A stretch of DNA of 32,000 nucleotides from Candidatus Pacearchaeota archaeon (GTDB lineage Archaea > Nanobdellota > Nanobdellia > Pacearchaeales > UBA284): assembly GCA_026016245.1 (NCBI GenBank), contig CP061211.1, forward strand, positions 330,001-362,000, read 5' to 3'. A program made the position numbers and the translations under genes. Numbering within the stretch: the stretch's first letter is position 1; each line of letters begins with the position of its first letter. Shown here piece by piece: positions 18,873 to 28,177 of the stretch. The notes beneath the pieces were generated by a model. That model was given only the letters and a program-made list of their open reading frames with translations, made no database searches and had not been told where the DNA came from.

Positions 18873-19823
18873 ATGAAAATAGATAAAATTGATAGGAAAT
18901 TACTAAGTTATTTATATCACAATTATAGAGAACCTCTAACTAAAATAGCAAAAGCATGTAAACTATCAAAGGATCAGGTTGGATATAGAGTTAGAAAATA
19001 TGAAAAAGAGGGGTTTATCAAAAAATATATTACTATTTTTAATTATAATCTCTTAGGTTATAATGAATTTATTGTAGTTTGGTTAAAATTAAAGAAAAAT
19101 AAAGAAAGTATTAAGAAAAAACTTGAAGGTATGAAAAATGTTGTCTCTGTTGGAGATATAATTACTAATTATAATTTATTCATTGATTTTGTTTCTAAAG
19201 ATAAACAAGAATTTGAAAGAGTATTTTATTCTTTTTTAAAAAAACATGAAAGGGAAATACAAGATTACTCAATTTTTATAATAACTTACGCTGAATTTTT
19301 TCCTCTCAAAGGTTTTGGAATATCTGACGTAGAAAAAACATATACTATTGTAAGTTCAGTAAAACCTATAAAAATTGATAAAAAAAGTTTAGAAGTTTTA
19401 AAAACATTAGAGAATAATGGTAGGGTAAGGATTATAGATATTGCAGAAAAAACGGGGCTTTCAAGTGAACTTATATTGTATAAATTGAAGCAATTTTACA
19501 AGAAAAAAATAATTCTTGGAATGAGAATACAATTTGATATGGAAAAATTAGGTTTTTATTTTGGGGTATTAAGAATTAAATTAAAAAATCAAACAGAAGA
19601 AATTAAATCAAAAATAAAAAAGTTTTGTAAGAATTATAAAAATATTAATGCTTTATCTTTTGGAATTTCTGAATATAATTGTTTAATACAAATTTTTTAT
19701 CAACAAGAAGAAGAATTTAGACAAACTATAAGAGACATTAATAAAGAATTTAAAGGAGAAATAGAAAAATCTGAAATTGTGTTAATAGAGAATGAGGGGA
19801 GAGTTAAAACTTTACCCTATTGA
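18873..19823 (+). CDS. Lrp/AsnC-family regulator, two-domain
   Basis: IDRKLLSYLYHNYREPLTKIAKACKLSKDQVGYRVRKYEKEGFIKKY HTH and a second HTH near the C-terminus (GRVRIIDIAEKTGLSSELILYKLKQFYKKK); divergent from the peptide/rSAM cluster. Confidence 0.8.
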   Translation: MKIDKIDRKLLSYLYHNYREPLTKIAKACKLSKDQVGYRVRKYEKEGFIKKYITIFNYNLLGYNEFIVVWLKLKKNKESIKKKLEGMKNVVSVGDIITNYNLFIDFVSKDKQEFERVFYSFLKKHEREIQDYSIFIITYAEFFPLKGFGISDVEKTYTIVSSVKPIKIDKKSLEVLKTLENNGRVRIIDIAEKTGLSSELILYKLKQFYKKKIILGMRIQFDMEKLGFYFGVLRIKLKNQTEEIKSKIKKFCKNYKNINALSFGISEYNCLIQIFYQQEEEFRQTIRDINKEFKGEIEKSEIVLIENEGRVKTLPY

Positions 19824-19898
19824 TTTTTTCTTAATTTTCTAAAATTCAAAGACAGCAATAGCTATAAGATACAAAAAATAAAAAAATTAGAAAGTAGA

Positions 19899-21182
19899 TT
19901 ACAGTTTTTTAGGAGTTAGGTCGATACATATGCCTGCTGCTACTGTCTGTCCAGCATCCCTAACAGCAAATCTTGCCATATTAGGATTGTCAGATTGTTT
20001 TTCTATCACTAATGGTTTAAGCGGCTTAAGCTTTGCTATAACTACATCTCCATTCTTCACAAAGTCAGGATTTTCTTGAGCCACTTGTCCTGTTTTTGGA
20101 TCAAGTTTCTTTTGTAGCTCAACAAATTGTGCTGGCACTTGTGCTGTATGTATATGTAATACAGGTGTGTAACCTTTTGCAATAACAGTTGGATGATTGA
20201 TAACTGCTATCTGTGCTGTAAATTCCTCTGCTATTGGTGGTGGACTTGCTACAGAAGCAATGACATCTCCTCTTGCAATATCTGTCTTGCCTACACCACG
20301 AATGTTTATTCCTACATTATCTCCAGCAATAGCTTCTGGCATTGTTTCATGATGCATTTCTATTGTCTTAACTTCTCCTGAAATTCCTTTTCCTGTTTTT
20401 GCTGGCAAGACGATAACTTGTTCGCCCACTTTCATTTTTCCTGTTTCTATCTTACCGACTGGAACTGTTCCTACACCAGTAATTGTATAGACATCTTGGA
20501 CAGGCATTCTTAGAGGCATATCTGTTGGTTTCTTTGGCTCATCAAACAAATCAAATTGTTCAAGCAAAGTTGGACCTTTATACCAAGACATTTTATCACT
20601 TTTCTTTGTGATATTGTCACCAACAAAAGCACTTGCTGGTATAAAGTTCATCTTATCTGTTTTATAACCCGCTGTTTTTAGAAGTGTTGTTATATCTTCG
20701 ACAACTTTCTTGTACTTAGACTCATCATAGTTAACTGTATCCATCTGGTTCACAAGAACTGCCACCTGACCAACACCCATGGTTCTGGCCAGCCAAACAT
20801 GTTCTTTTGTTTGCGCCATAACACCATGCTGAACAGCTACAACAAGTATTGCTGCATCTGCTTGGCTTGTTCCTGTAATCATGTTCTTAACGAAATCTCT
20901 GTGTCCAGGAGCATCAATAACAGTAACACTATATTTATTTGTGACCATCTTCCTATATGCTAGATCTATAGTTAAACCTCTCTCACGCTCTTCCTTGAAT
21001 CTATCCATAACGAATGCGAACTCAAAACCTTTCTTACCTAGCTTCTCTGCAATATCCTTCATCTTTTGAAGTTCTTGTTCTGTAAACTTACCAGTCTCGA
21101 AAAACATCCTTCCTATAGCTGTACTTTTTCCATGATCAACATGTCCTATAAACACTACATTAAAGTTTGGTTTATTTGCCAT
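19899..21182 (-). CDS. tuf: Translation elongation factor EF-1alpha
   Basis: [30 protein letters not shown] GTPase motifs. ATG at 21182 ([18 protein letters not shown]) preferred over the TTG at 21194. Confidence 0.97.
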   Translation of the reverse strand: MANKPNFNVVFIGHVDHGKSTAIGRMFFETGKFTEQELQKMKDIAEKLGKKGFEFAFVMDRFKEERERGLTIDLAYRKMVTNKYSVTVIDAPGHRDFVKNMITGTSQADAAILVVAVQHGVMAQTKEHVWLARTMGVGQVAVLVNQMDTVNYDESKYKKVVEDITTLLKTAGYKTDKMNFIPASAFVGDNITKKSDKMSWYKGPTLLEQFDLFDEPKKPTDMPLRMPVQDVYTITGVGTVPVGKIETGKMKVGEQVIVLPAKTGKGISGEVKTIEMHHETMPEAIAGDNVGINIRGVGKTDIARGDVIASVASPPPIAEEFTAQIAVINHPTVIAKGYTPVLHIHTAQVPAQFVELQKKLDPKTGQVAQENPDFVKNGDVVIAKLKPLKPLVIEKQSDNPNMARFAVRDAGQTVAAGICIDLTPKKL

Positions 21183-21235
21183 TTTATTTATCAAATTTTA
21201 AAACAAAAATTTAAAATTATTAAGAAAACAGAAAA

Positions 21236-21255
21236 TATATTTATAAACCTTTCGT
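21236..21255 (-). promoter_or_regulatory. Archaeal BRE/TATA promoter of the EF-1alpha gene
   Basis: Minus-strand ACGAAAGGTTTATAAATATA about 55-70 nt upstream of the ATG. Confidence 0.6.
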
Positions 21256-21282
21256 GTGTTTCTCGAGGAAATTAAAAACTAC

Positions 21283-22566
21283 TTAAAAAAATTCCAAGGC
21301 TTTTTTTAATTCTATATGTGTTTTTGCATAATTTTTCAATGTTTTTCCTTCCATTACTGCAGTCAGGGCTTGCCTTGCAGCTTTTGCTCCTCCAAATGTA
21401 CCTAAAGGATGGCCATGAATGCCTCCCCCCATTTGAATTATAATGTTTTTGCCTAAATGTTTTACAAGATAAGAAATATGCCCGGGATGAAGACCACCAG
21501 AACATACTGCAAAAGTAGGTTTGATATGATACCATCTTTGCTCTAACATGTGTCTTGATTCTAATCTATGGTCAAGGATCATTGATTGTTCCATTTCTTG
21601 ATCTAATCCAACAACTTCAGTCTTAGGAGTTTCCATTTTTCCTACAATAGTTCCTATATGGAGCTGATCTAAACCAATAAGTCTGGTTAGCTTTGCGATA
21701 ACAAGCATGCTGATTCCATGTCTTGGATTTCTGCTTAAGGCAGCATAACCTGCACGATGAGCATGTAATACTAACTTTAATTTTTCATTTTCTTCCCTAA
21801 GTGTCTGCAAAGCACCCCATCCACAAGAAACAATGTCAATCATAGCATACTCACAACCATGTTTCTTGACAAATCTTGCTCTTCTTAGCATTTCTTCAGT
21901 TTCTGCAGTTATATTTGGCATATACATCTTCTTTTCTCCTGTTTTTTCTTCAGCTTTATCTCTTGCTTTTAATGTTTCAATAACTCTAGTAAGAAATTTG
22001 TTGAAAGACTGACTAGATAAATTTTCATCATCTTTTACAATATCACAACCACCAATCCAAGCATTATAAGCAACTTGTGCATGTTCTTTCTCATTTAATC
22101 CTAATTTTGGCTTAATAATAGTTCCAAGAAGAGGCCTATCTTTAACTTTCAACAATTTCCTGACACCATAAATACCATACATAGGGCCTCTAAAACTCTT
22201 GATAATATTTTCAGGAAATTCTATATCCAACAATTTGAGATTTTTAATAGTCTTCATGCCAAAAATATTTCCTGCTATACTGCTTAAAATTTGTGGGATA
22301 TTGTTTAATTCAAAAAGAACAGAGGGATAGGCTATTTTGATGTAATAGCCTTTATTGCCTTTTATAGAGAAAACTTTTGCAACAAGTCTATCTATTCTTT
22401 TTGGAGCTTCTGTCACATCTGTCCAGGTTCCAATACTAGATTCAGAAGCTATGGCTCCAGCAGCTTCATGAGGCTTAATTTTTGAAGCAGGCTCCATATA
22501 AAATTCACATATGAGATCTGTCTTTTTTGGCTTATATTTTAAGTCAACATAATCAGTATACTTCAC
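21283..22566 (-). CDS. rbcL: RuBisCO large-chain homologue, form III-like
   Basis: GTIIKPKLGL, GGCDIVKDDEN, LHAHRAG, LHIGT, GKMETPK, CSGGLHPG, MGGGIHGHPLG. The catalytic Lys/Asp/Glu/His set is present. Start appears to be GTG overlapping the upstream ORF. Confidence 0.93.
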   Translation of the reverse strand: MKYTDYVDLKYKPKKTDLICEFYMEPASKIKPHEAAGAIASESSIGTWTDVTEAPKRIDRLVAKVFSIKGNKGYYIKIAYPSVLFELNNIPQILSSIAGNIFGMKTIKNLKLLDIEFPENIIKSFRGPMYGIYGVRKLLKVKDRPLLGTIIKPKLGLNEKEHAQVAYNAWIGGCDIVKDDENLSSQSFNKFLTRVIETLKARDKAEEKTGEKKMYMPNITAETEEMLRRARFVKKHGCEYAMIDIVSCGWGALQTLREENEKLKLVLHAHRAGYAALSRNPRHGISMLVIAKLTRLIGLDQLHIGTIVGKMETPKTEVVGLDQEMEQSMILDHRLESRHMLEQRWYHIKPTFAVCSGGLHPGHISYLVKHLGKNIIIQMGGGIHGHPLGTFGGAKAARQALTAVMEGKTLKNYAKTHIELKKALEFF

Positions 22567-22939
22567 TTTTCTTCACCTCTTTACCTCTTTTTATTTTATC
22601 TAATAAAACACAAACTTGATTTATTAAGTTTTTCTTTTCATCTAAGACACATTTACAATATTCATACTTAATTCTTTCATCTGAACGTTTTTTCTGTATT
22701 CTACAATCCTTATCTAAAGCACCATAATTACATAGGTATTTTACTCTGCTTTTTTTATCAAATTTTCTTGAAACATAACAGCACATGGTATCTTCTCTTT
22801 CAATAGGGTTACATCCATTGCCAAATATTTTATAATATAACACAATGGAAAAATCAGATACAAGGTTAAAAAACCAATCTGTAATATTTATATCTGACTC
22901 TGTAAATTTCTCTAACCAACTAGTTTTCCCCTTTGCCAT
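22553..22939 (-). CDS. Cys-rich hypothetical protein, translationally overlapping RuBisCO
   Basis: MAKGKTSWLEKFTESDINITDWFFNLV...; ORF track 22553..22951, ATG of MAKG at about 22939. Confidence 0.6.
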   Translation of the reverse strand: MAKGKTSWLEKFTESDINITDWFFNLVSDFSIVLYYKIFGNGCNPIEREDTMCCYVSRKFDKKSRVKYLCNYGALDKDCRIQKKRSDERIKYEYCKCVLDEKKNLINQVCVLLDKIKRGKEVKKSEVY

Positions 22940-22999
22940 CTTTATTATCAAGATATTTCATATAAAAATATTATTATGCTAGAGAATAAAAAATAAGAG

Positions 23000-23071
23000 T
23001 GGGCCTACCAGGATTCGAACCTGGATCCTCCGGTCCGAAGCCGGGAGTTCTATCCATTAAACCATAGGCCC
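23000..23071 (-). tRNA. tRNA-Arg (anticodon TCG)
   Basis: Minus strand GGGCCTA TG GTTTAATGGATAGAAC T CCCGG CTTCGGA CCGGA GGAT CCAGG TTCGAAT CCTGG TAGGCCC A: 7-bp acceptor and 5-bp T stem; the first anticodon-stem pair is C-A. Confidence 0.88.
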
Positions 23072-23118
23072 AATAAAAACAAGAGAAGATATTTAAAATA
23101 CTTTTCTTTATTATTTTT

Positions 23119-24249
23119 ATGAAAAAGGGGATTAGTACTGCTGAAGCTATAGCTACTTTGGTAGGAATGATAATTGGTGCTGGAATTCTTGGCATTCCTT
23201 ATGTTATTGCACAGGCTGGATTATTCTGGGGTCTTGTTAATATCATAGGTATAGGTCTTATTGTCCTGCTTGTTTATCTTTATCTTGGTGAAGTCATCCT
23301 GAGAACAAAAGGTAAACACCAATTACCAGGATATGCCTCTCTTTATCTCGGCAAGGCTGGAAGAATTTTGATGTTAATTTCAATGCTACTTGTACAATAT
23401 GGTGCTCTAATAGCGTACATGTTTGGGGAGGGTGAAGTTTTAAGCTTTATTTTTCTTGGAACAGTTCCTTTGTCTTCACATCTCATGTTCTCAGTTATCT
23501 TTTTAGCAATGATGGCTGTATTTGTCTTTTTTGGTCTTAAAACTTTAGGTAAAGGAGAGTTAATTGGTCTTGGGGCTATTATTGTTATTGTTATAGCTAT
23601 TGCAGTTTATTTCTTACCTCAAGTTCAAGTAATTAATTTCATGAGCTCAAATCCTAACTTGACTTTCAGATTTTTCTTTCCTTTTGGGGCTGTTCTTTTT
23701 GCTTATCTTGGTTTTGCTGCAGTTCCAGAGATGAATGAGATTTTGAAAAATAAAAAAAAGATGAAAAAAGCTATCATTATAGGGGGTATAATACCCATTG
23801 CTGTCTATCTACTGTTTACTATAACTGTGATAGGTTTTAAAGGAATAGCAACTCCTGAAATAGCAACTATGGCTTTGGGAAAATTTGTTTCTTTATTTGC
23901 AGTATTTACTATGTTTACATCTTTCCTTGCAGTAGGAATAGCACAAAAAGAGATTTTTTGGTATGATTTAAAATTTAAACATTTTATGTCATGGTTGCTT
24001 ACATTCCTTCCTGTTTTGCTAATAACTCTGTTAATTATCTTCTTTAATCTTGTAGGTTTTATAGGTATAATTTCATTTGCCGGCGCTGTTGGAGGGGGGA
24101 TTGCAGGGATCTTAATTATGTTGATGGCAATTAGAGCAAAAAAATTAGGCCAGAGAAAGCCGGAATACACTGTAGGAATAAATTGGCTTGTGGCAGGAAT
24201 CTTAATTTTGCTGTTTGCCTTAGGGATACTTTATCAGTTTATGTTTTAA
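23119..24249 (+). CDS. Amino-acid permease (aromatic/SLC38-like)
   Basis: Eleven or so hydrophobic segments; ISTAEAIATLVGMIIGAGILGIPYVIAQAG is a typical APC superfamily TM1. Confidence 0.85.
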   Translation: MKKGISTAEAIATLVGMIIGAGILGIPYVIAQAGLFWGLVNIIGIGLIVLLVYLYLGEVILRTKGKHQLPGYASLYLGKAGRILMLISMLLVQYGALIAYMFGEGEVLSFIFLGTVPLSSHLMFSVIFLAMMAVFVFFGLKTLGKGELIGLGAIIVIVIAIAVYFLPQVQVINFMSSNPNLTFRFFFPFGAVLFAYLGFAAVPEMNEILKNKKKMKKAIIIGGIIPIAVYLLFTITVIGFKGIATPEIATMALGKFVSLFAVFTMFTSFLAVGIAQKEIFWYDLKFKHFMSWLLTFLPVLLITLLIIFFNLVGFIGIISFAGAVGGGIAGILIMLMAIRAKKLGQRKPEYTVGINWLVAGILILLFALGILYQFMF

Positions 24250-24264
24250 AAATAAAAAAGAAAA

Positions 24265-25170
24265 ATGTTATGGTTAATTTTGGTATTAGTTTCAGTATTT
24301 ATTTGGGCACTTGTTAATATCTATGATAAACATATTATTACAGATGAACTTAGAGATCCTTTTTTATGCACAACAGTTTGTGGGATCATAACTTTTATTT
24401 TATTTGCTATTATAGTTTTCTTAACAAAACAAGAAATATGGCTGCCGCGTAATATTATTCTAACTTCAATGGGGGCTGGAATTTGTCTAGGAGTGGCTAT
24501 TTTTTTCTACTACAAGAGTTTAAGTCATGAAGAAGTTTCAAGAGTAATGCCAATGCTAGAGTTAGTACCTTTATTTACTCTTATATTAGCAACTATTTTT
24601 TTAAATGAATTCTTTACCTTAATAAAATATATTGGTATGGCTTTTCTTATTGCTGGAGGATTTTTAATTTCAATAAAAAAACATAAGAAAAAAAGTAAGA
24701 AATGGAAAGATAAATTCTATTTGACTTCTGTTATTATTACTGTTTTAATAGCTGCAATATTTTTTGCGACAAGAAGTGTTCTTTTAAGATATTCAACACT
24801 TTATGTTTCTACTATGCAAATAATCTTCTGGGTTGCTCTGGGTGAATTTCTTGTTGCCTTAATATTATTTATTTTTCATCATCCACATATCATCAAGAAA
24901 ACTCAGCTAAAAGGTTTTGAACATTTAGTAATTATTTCTATTATTAGTGCTTTAACATTCATTCTTTATATCTATGTTATCCAAATTGCTCCAGCTGTTT
25001 CTTTGGTTAGTGTTTTTGGTGCTGTACAGGGTTTGTTTGTTTTTATCATAGCTACTATATTAAGTAAAACTGGAAAAATTGTAAGAGAACCATTAAAAAA
25101 GGGTATAATAATTCAAAAAATAATGGCTATTATTATGATTATAGGGGGCATTATTTTAATTACACTTTAA
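24265..25170 (+). CDS. EamA/DMT-family transporter
   Basis: Ten-TM pattern with duplicated halves; ANIYDKHIITD, PMLELVPLFTLILATIFLNE, GGFLI. Confidence 0.8.
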   Translation: MLWLILVLVSVFIWALVNIYDKHIITDELRDPFLCTTVCGIITFILFAIIVFLTKQEIWLPRNIILTSMGAGICLGVAIFFYYKSLSHEEVSRVMPMLELVPLFTLILATIFLNEFFTLIKYIGMAFLIAGGFLISIKKHKKKSKKWKDKFYLTSVIITVLIAAIFFATRSVLLRYSTLYVSTMQIIFWVALGEFLVALILFIFHHPHIIKKTQLKGFEHLVIISIISALTFILYIYVIQIAPAVSLVSVFGAVQGLFVFIIATILSKTGKIVREPLKKGIIIQKIMAIIMIIGGIILITL

Positions 25171-25903
25171 TCAAATCAAGAACATAATGATCTAGAGAAG
25201 GAGAATAACTTTTTACTCTTACTGCTTTAATTAATTTTACTTTCTTTATTCTACTTATTTTCTCTACTAATTTTTTTATTTCTTGTTTAGGATTTTTTCT
25301 TAAAATCAAACAGCTATAATGAATTATTGTTCCTTTTTTTGCAACTTTGAATGATATTTTAAGATAAGGAAAAGGTGAAGGGAGATAACCCATAATAATT
25401 CTGTCTGCTTTAATCTCTAGTCTTGGAACAATCTTTTGGCAGTCTCCTCTTATGGCTTTAATATTCTTTATCTTATTCAGTTTTATATTTTGAACAAGAT
25501 ATCTATAAGCTTGAGGGTTCAATTCAATTGAATAGACATTATTAACTTTTTTTGTAAGAGGGAGTGAAAAATAGCCGATTCCTGCAAACATATCAATAAC
25601 AATATCATTCTTCCTGGAAATTTTTGCTATCCTATGCCTCTCATTGATATTTCCTTTAGCAAACATGACTTTTTTTATATCAAGCTTGTAAAGAATTCCT
25701 GATTCTTTATGAATTGTTTCTGTTTTTTTTGTTTTTGCTCTGCTCAGTATGACTTTAATTTGCGGTTTCCTCAGCTTTCCTTTGATTTTTCCTATTCTTA
25801 TGCAGATTGTTTTTATTTTAGGAAATTTTTTTAGAAATTTTTCAGCTTCTTTTTTAGTTATTTTATTAAAGATAGCAATATTGCCAATTTGTTGATAGCC
25901 CAT
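25160..25903 (-). CDS. Trm5/Taw2-like class I SAM-dependent tRNA (wyosine pathway) methyltransferase
   Basis: IDMFAGIGYFSLPLTK motif I, SIELNPQAYRYLVQNIKLNKI, RIIMGYLPSP; convergent with the preceding transporter and divergent from taw1. Confidence 0.82.
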   Translation of the reverse strand: MGYQQIGNIAIFNKITKKEAEKFLKKFPKIKTICIRIGKIKGKLRKPQIKVILSRAKTKKTETIHKESGILYKLDIKKVMFAKGNINERHRIAKISRKNDIVIDMFAGIGYFSLPLTKKVNNVYSIELNPQAYRYLVQNIKLNKIKNIKAIRGDCQKIVPRLEIKADRIIMGYLPSPFPYLKISFKVAKKGTIIHYSCLILRKNPKQEIKKLVEKISRIKKVKLIKAVRVKSYSPSLDHYVLDLIKV

Positions 25904-25944
25904 ATCAGAATAAATTTAAATATACTTTAAATATTTTCTTTGTT

Positions 25945-26883
25945 ATGATACCAGAAAAAGTTAGGGATTTGTTCAGAAAGCAACATTATGCTCTTGTTGG
26001 CAATCATAGCGCTGTTCAGATTTGTAGATGGACCAAGAAAAGTCTGCTTGATAAAGATGTCTGCTACAAGCAAAAATTTTATGGAATACAATGTCACAGA
26101 TGCTGCCAGATGGCTCCTTGTATTTCTTGGTGTCAGCATAGATGTGTTTTTTGTTGGCGTGCTATAGAATATACACTTGGAGATAAAATGCAAGGAAAAA
26201 TAGATGATCCAAAAGAGATTATTGATAAATGCATAGAAGCTCAGAAAAAACAACTTATAGGTTTCATGGGAAATTCTAAAGCTAATAAGATTAAGTTACA
26301 AGAAGCATTTCATCCAAAACATTTTGCAATCAGTCTTGCAGGAGAACCAACTATTTATCCAAAACTTAGCGAATTGATTAAAGAGCTGCATAGAAGGAAA
26401 ATAACAACTTTTCTTGTCACAAATGGCATGCTTCCTGAAGTTTTAGGAAAGATAGAAATGCCTACTCAGTTATATGTTTCAGTTGATGCACCAAATGAAG
26501 AACTTTACAAAAAAATAGACAAGCCAGTTACAGGAAAATGGAAAAATTTGATTGAAACTCTAAAACTACTGCCAAGATTAAAGACAAGAACTGTGATGAG
26601 GATAACTTGTATAAGAAATTTGAATATGATAGAGCCAGAAAATTATGCTAAATTTATTAAAATGGCTGAGCCAATGTTTGTTGAAATTAAAGGTTATGTT
26701 GCTGTAGGTTTTTCTAGAAAGAGGCTTGGGGTTAATTTTATGCCGCAACATTCTGAAGTTAGAGGGTTTGCAGAAAAAATTTCAAAGCATAGTGGTTATA
26801 AAATTATTGATGAAAAAGAAAATTCTCGTGTTGTCTTGTTAATGAAAGAAGATAGAAATCGTTTCATTAAGTTAAATGAATAA
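25945..26883 (+). CDS. taw1: 4-demethylwyosine synthase (radical SAM, TYW1/Taw1)
   Basis: KQHYALVGNHSAVQICRWTKKSLLDKDVCYKQKFYGIQCHRCCQMAP...CQHRCVFCWR. Confidence 0.94.
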   Translation: MIPEKVRDLFRKQHYALVGNHSAVQICRWTKKSLLDKDVCYKQKFYGIQCHRCCQMAPCISWCQHRCVFCWRAIEYTLGDKMQGKIDDPKEIIDKCIEAQKKQLIGFMGNSKANKIKLQEAFHPKHFAISLAGEPTIYPKLSELIKELHRRKITTFLVTNGMLPEVLGKIEMPTQLYVSVDAPNEELYKKIDKPVTGKWKNLIETLKLLPRLKTRTVMRITCIRNLNMIEPENYAKFIKMAEPMFVEIKGYVAVGFSRKRLGVNFMPQHSEVRGFAEKISKHSGYKIIDEKENSRVVLLMKEDRNRFIKLNE

Positions 26884-27877
26884 AATCTTTTTGGATTTCT
26901 TTTCTCAGTTTAAAACTATTGGCCCATTTTGCATAAGCCTGCCAGCCCTGATAAGATTCAATCATTTTTTCATAAGACAGGAAGCCTATTTTATATTGCT
27001 CTATTCTTAATAATATATTTCTTATATTTCTCTTTCTCAACAGTTTGAAATAATAAAAATTCCTGAAGCCAACAAAATCAACTCCTTTAAATAAAGGAAT
27101 TACCCTAGATTTTTCTGGATGTAATTCCAACTTTAATTTTTCTTCTAAAAATTTACCAATATAAAATTTCCATATCTCAAGCTGAATTTTATTTTCATGT
27201 AAAATTACAAAATCATCAACATATCTAATATAATATTTTGTTTTTAATTGGTGTTTAACAAAATAATCAAGTTCATTAAGATAAACATTAGCAAAGAATT
27301 GGCTTGTCAAATTGCCAAGAGGCATGCCTTTTTCTTTAAAGCCGTTATTTAAAATCTGATTGATAAGCCACAAAACTTTTTCATCACTTATCTTCTTGCT
27401 TATTATATTCAATAAAATTCTATGGCTAACTTCCTGAAAATAATGCCTTATATCTGCTTTTAATACAAAACATGCTCTTGTATTATTCCTTGAAACTTTT
27501 CTCTTAAAAAAGTCAAATCTTTTCAAAGCAAATAAATTTCCCTTATTTTTTCTATTGGCACAACTATCACAAATGAAGGTTTTATCAAAAATATGCTCAA
27601 TAACTCTATAAACTGCATGATGAATGATTCTATCTCTAAAATTGGATTTACTTATTTTTCTTGTTTTTGGATCTCTCAAGATGAAAGTTTTTAATGGTTT
27701 TGGTTGATAGGTTTGTTCTTTAAGTTCTTTGTGTAAAGATAGTAAATTTTCTCTTAAATTACTTTCAAATTCAATAACATAATCTTTGCGAGTTTTGGGT
27801 TTTCTTGCTTTTCTCCATGCAAAGTATAAATTCCTTATAGAATAAATTTTTGGATAAAGATATTTTTGGGTTTTCAT
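26867..27877 (-). CDS. DGR reverse transcriptase
   Basis: Begins MKTQKYLYPKIYSIRNLYFAWRKARK; RT motifs KADIRHYFQEVSH, KGMPLGNLTSQFFANVYLNELDYFVK (DGR-type xGxxxSQ rather than QGxxxSP), YYIRYVDDFVIL, HPEKSRVIP, FVGFR. The ORF-track extension to 28072 is the translated TR region. Confidence 0.95.
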   Translation of the reverse strand: MKTQKYLYPKIYSIRNLYFAWRKARKPKTRKDYVIEFESNLRENLLSLHKELKEQTYQPKPLKTFILRDPKTRKISKSNFRDRIIHHAVYRVIEHIFDKTFICDSCANRKNKGNLFALKRFDFFKRKVSRNNTRACFVLKADIRHYFQEVSHRILLNIISKKISDEKVLWLINQILNNGFKEKGMPLGNLTSQFFANVYLNELDYFVKHQLKTKYYIRYVDDFVILHENKIQLEIWKFYIGKFLEEKLKLELHPEKSRVIPLFKGVDFVGFRNFYYFKLLRKRNIRNILLRIEQYKIGFLSYEKMIESYQGWQAYAKWANSFKLRKEIQKDFIHLT

Positions 27878-27922
27878 ATCATTAATAAATATAATATGGT
27901 TTTCTGAAGTCCCAGAAGAGAC

Positions 27923-28005
27923 CATTCCAAACACCCTGTTGTCGTTGTTGAGGTTTCTGTCGTTGCCATTAAGGTCTGAGTCATTATCAGGATTCCTGAA
28001 CCACA
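27923..28005 (-). repeat. DGR template repeat (TR) core, 83 nt
   Basis: Coding strand TGTGGTTCAGGAATCCTGATAATGACTCAGACCTTAATGGCAACGACAGAAACCTCAACAACGACAACAGGGTGTTTGGAATG; rich in AAC/AAT codons and aligns to the VR with A-only differences. Confidence 0.95.
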
Positions 28006-28146
28006 GGACATCTATAGCCAGTTTACCACAACAGAATTTATTTCTGCCACCACCAATCCAGGTTTCGTACAAAAACTACTTGCTGTTTTGATTGAATTTT
28101 ATGACTTAAAATTAATTTGAATAATGTGCTAATAAATTGGCATGTG

Positions 28147-28177
28147 GCCTCTTCTATTTTAAAAATAGAGCTGAGGC
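28147..28177. other. Long imperfect hairpin between target gene and TR
   Basis: Minus strand GCCTC-AGC-TCTATTTT-T-AAAATAGA-A-GAGGC: two nested paired segments. Confidence 0.55.

Noticed and set aside
22974-23195. 73-aa minus-strand ORF
   Set aside because: It overlaps the tRNA-Arg gene (the GFGPEDPGSNPG stretch is translated tRNA) and the start of the permease gene.
26867-28072. Group II intron maturase or retron reading of the RT
   Set aside because: The block is LGNLTSQ rather than QGxxxSP, there is no evident maturase/HNH domain, and an adenine-specific TR/VR pair is adjacent; DGR explains all of this.
27878-28072. N-terminal ~65 residues of the RT ORF-track entry as genuine RT sequence
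   Set aside because: This stretch is the TR plus flank, starts with TTG, and an ATG with canonical DGR RT N-terminus (MKTQKYLYPKIYSIRNLYFAWRKARK) follows at 27877.
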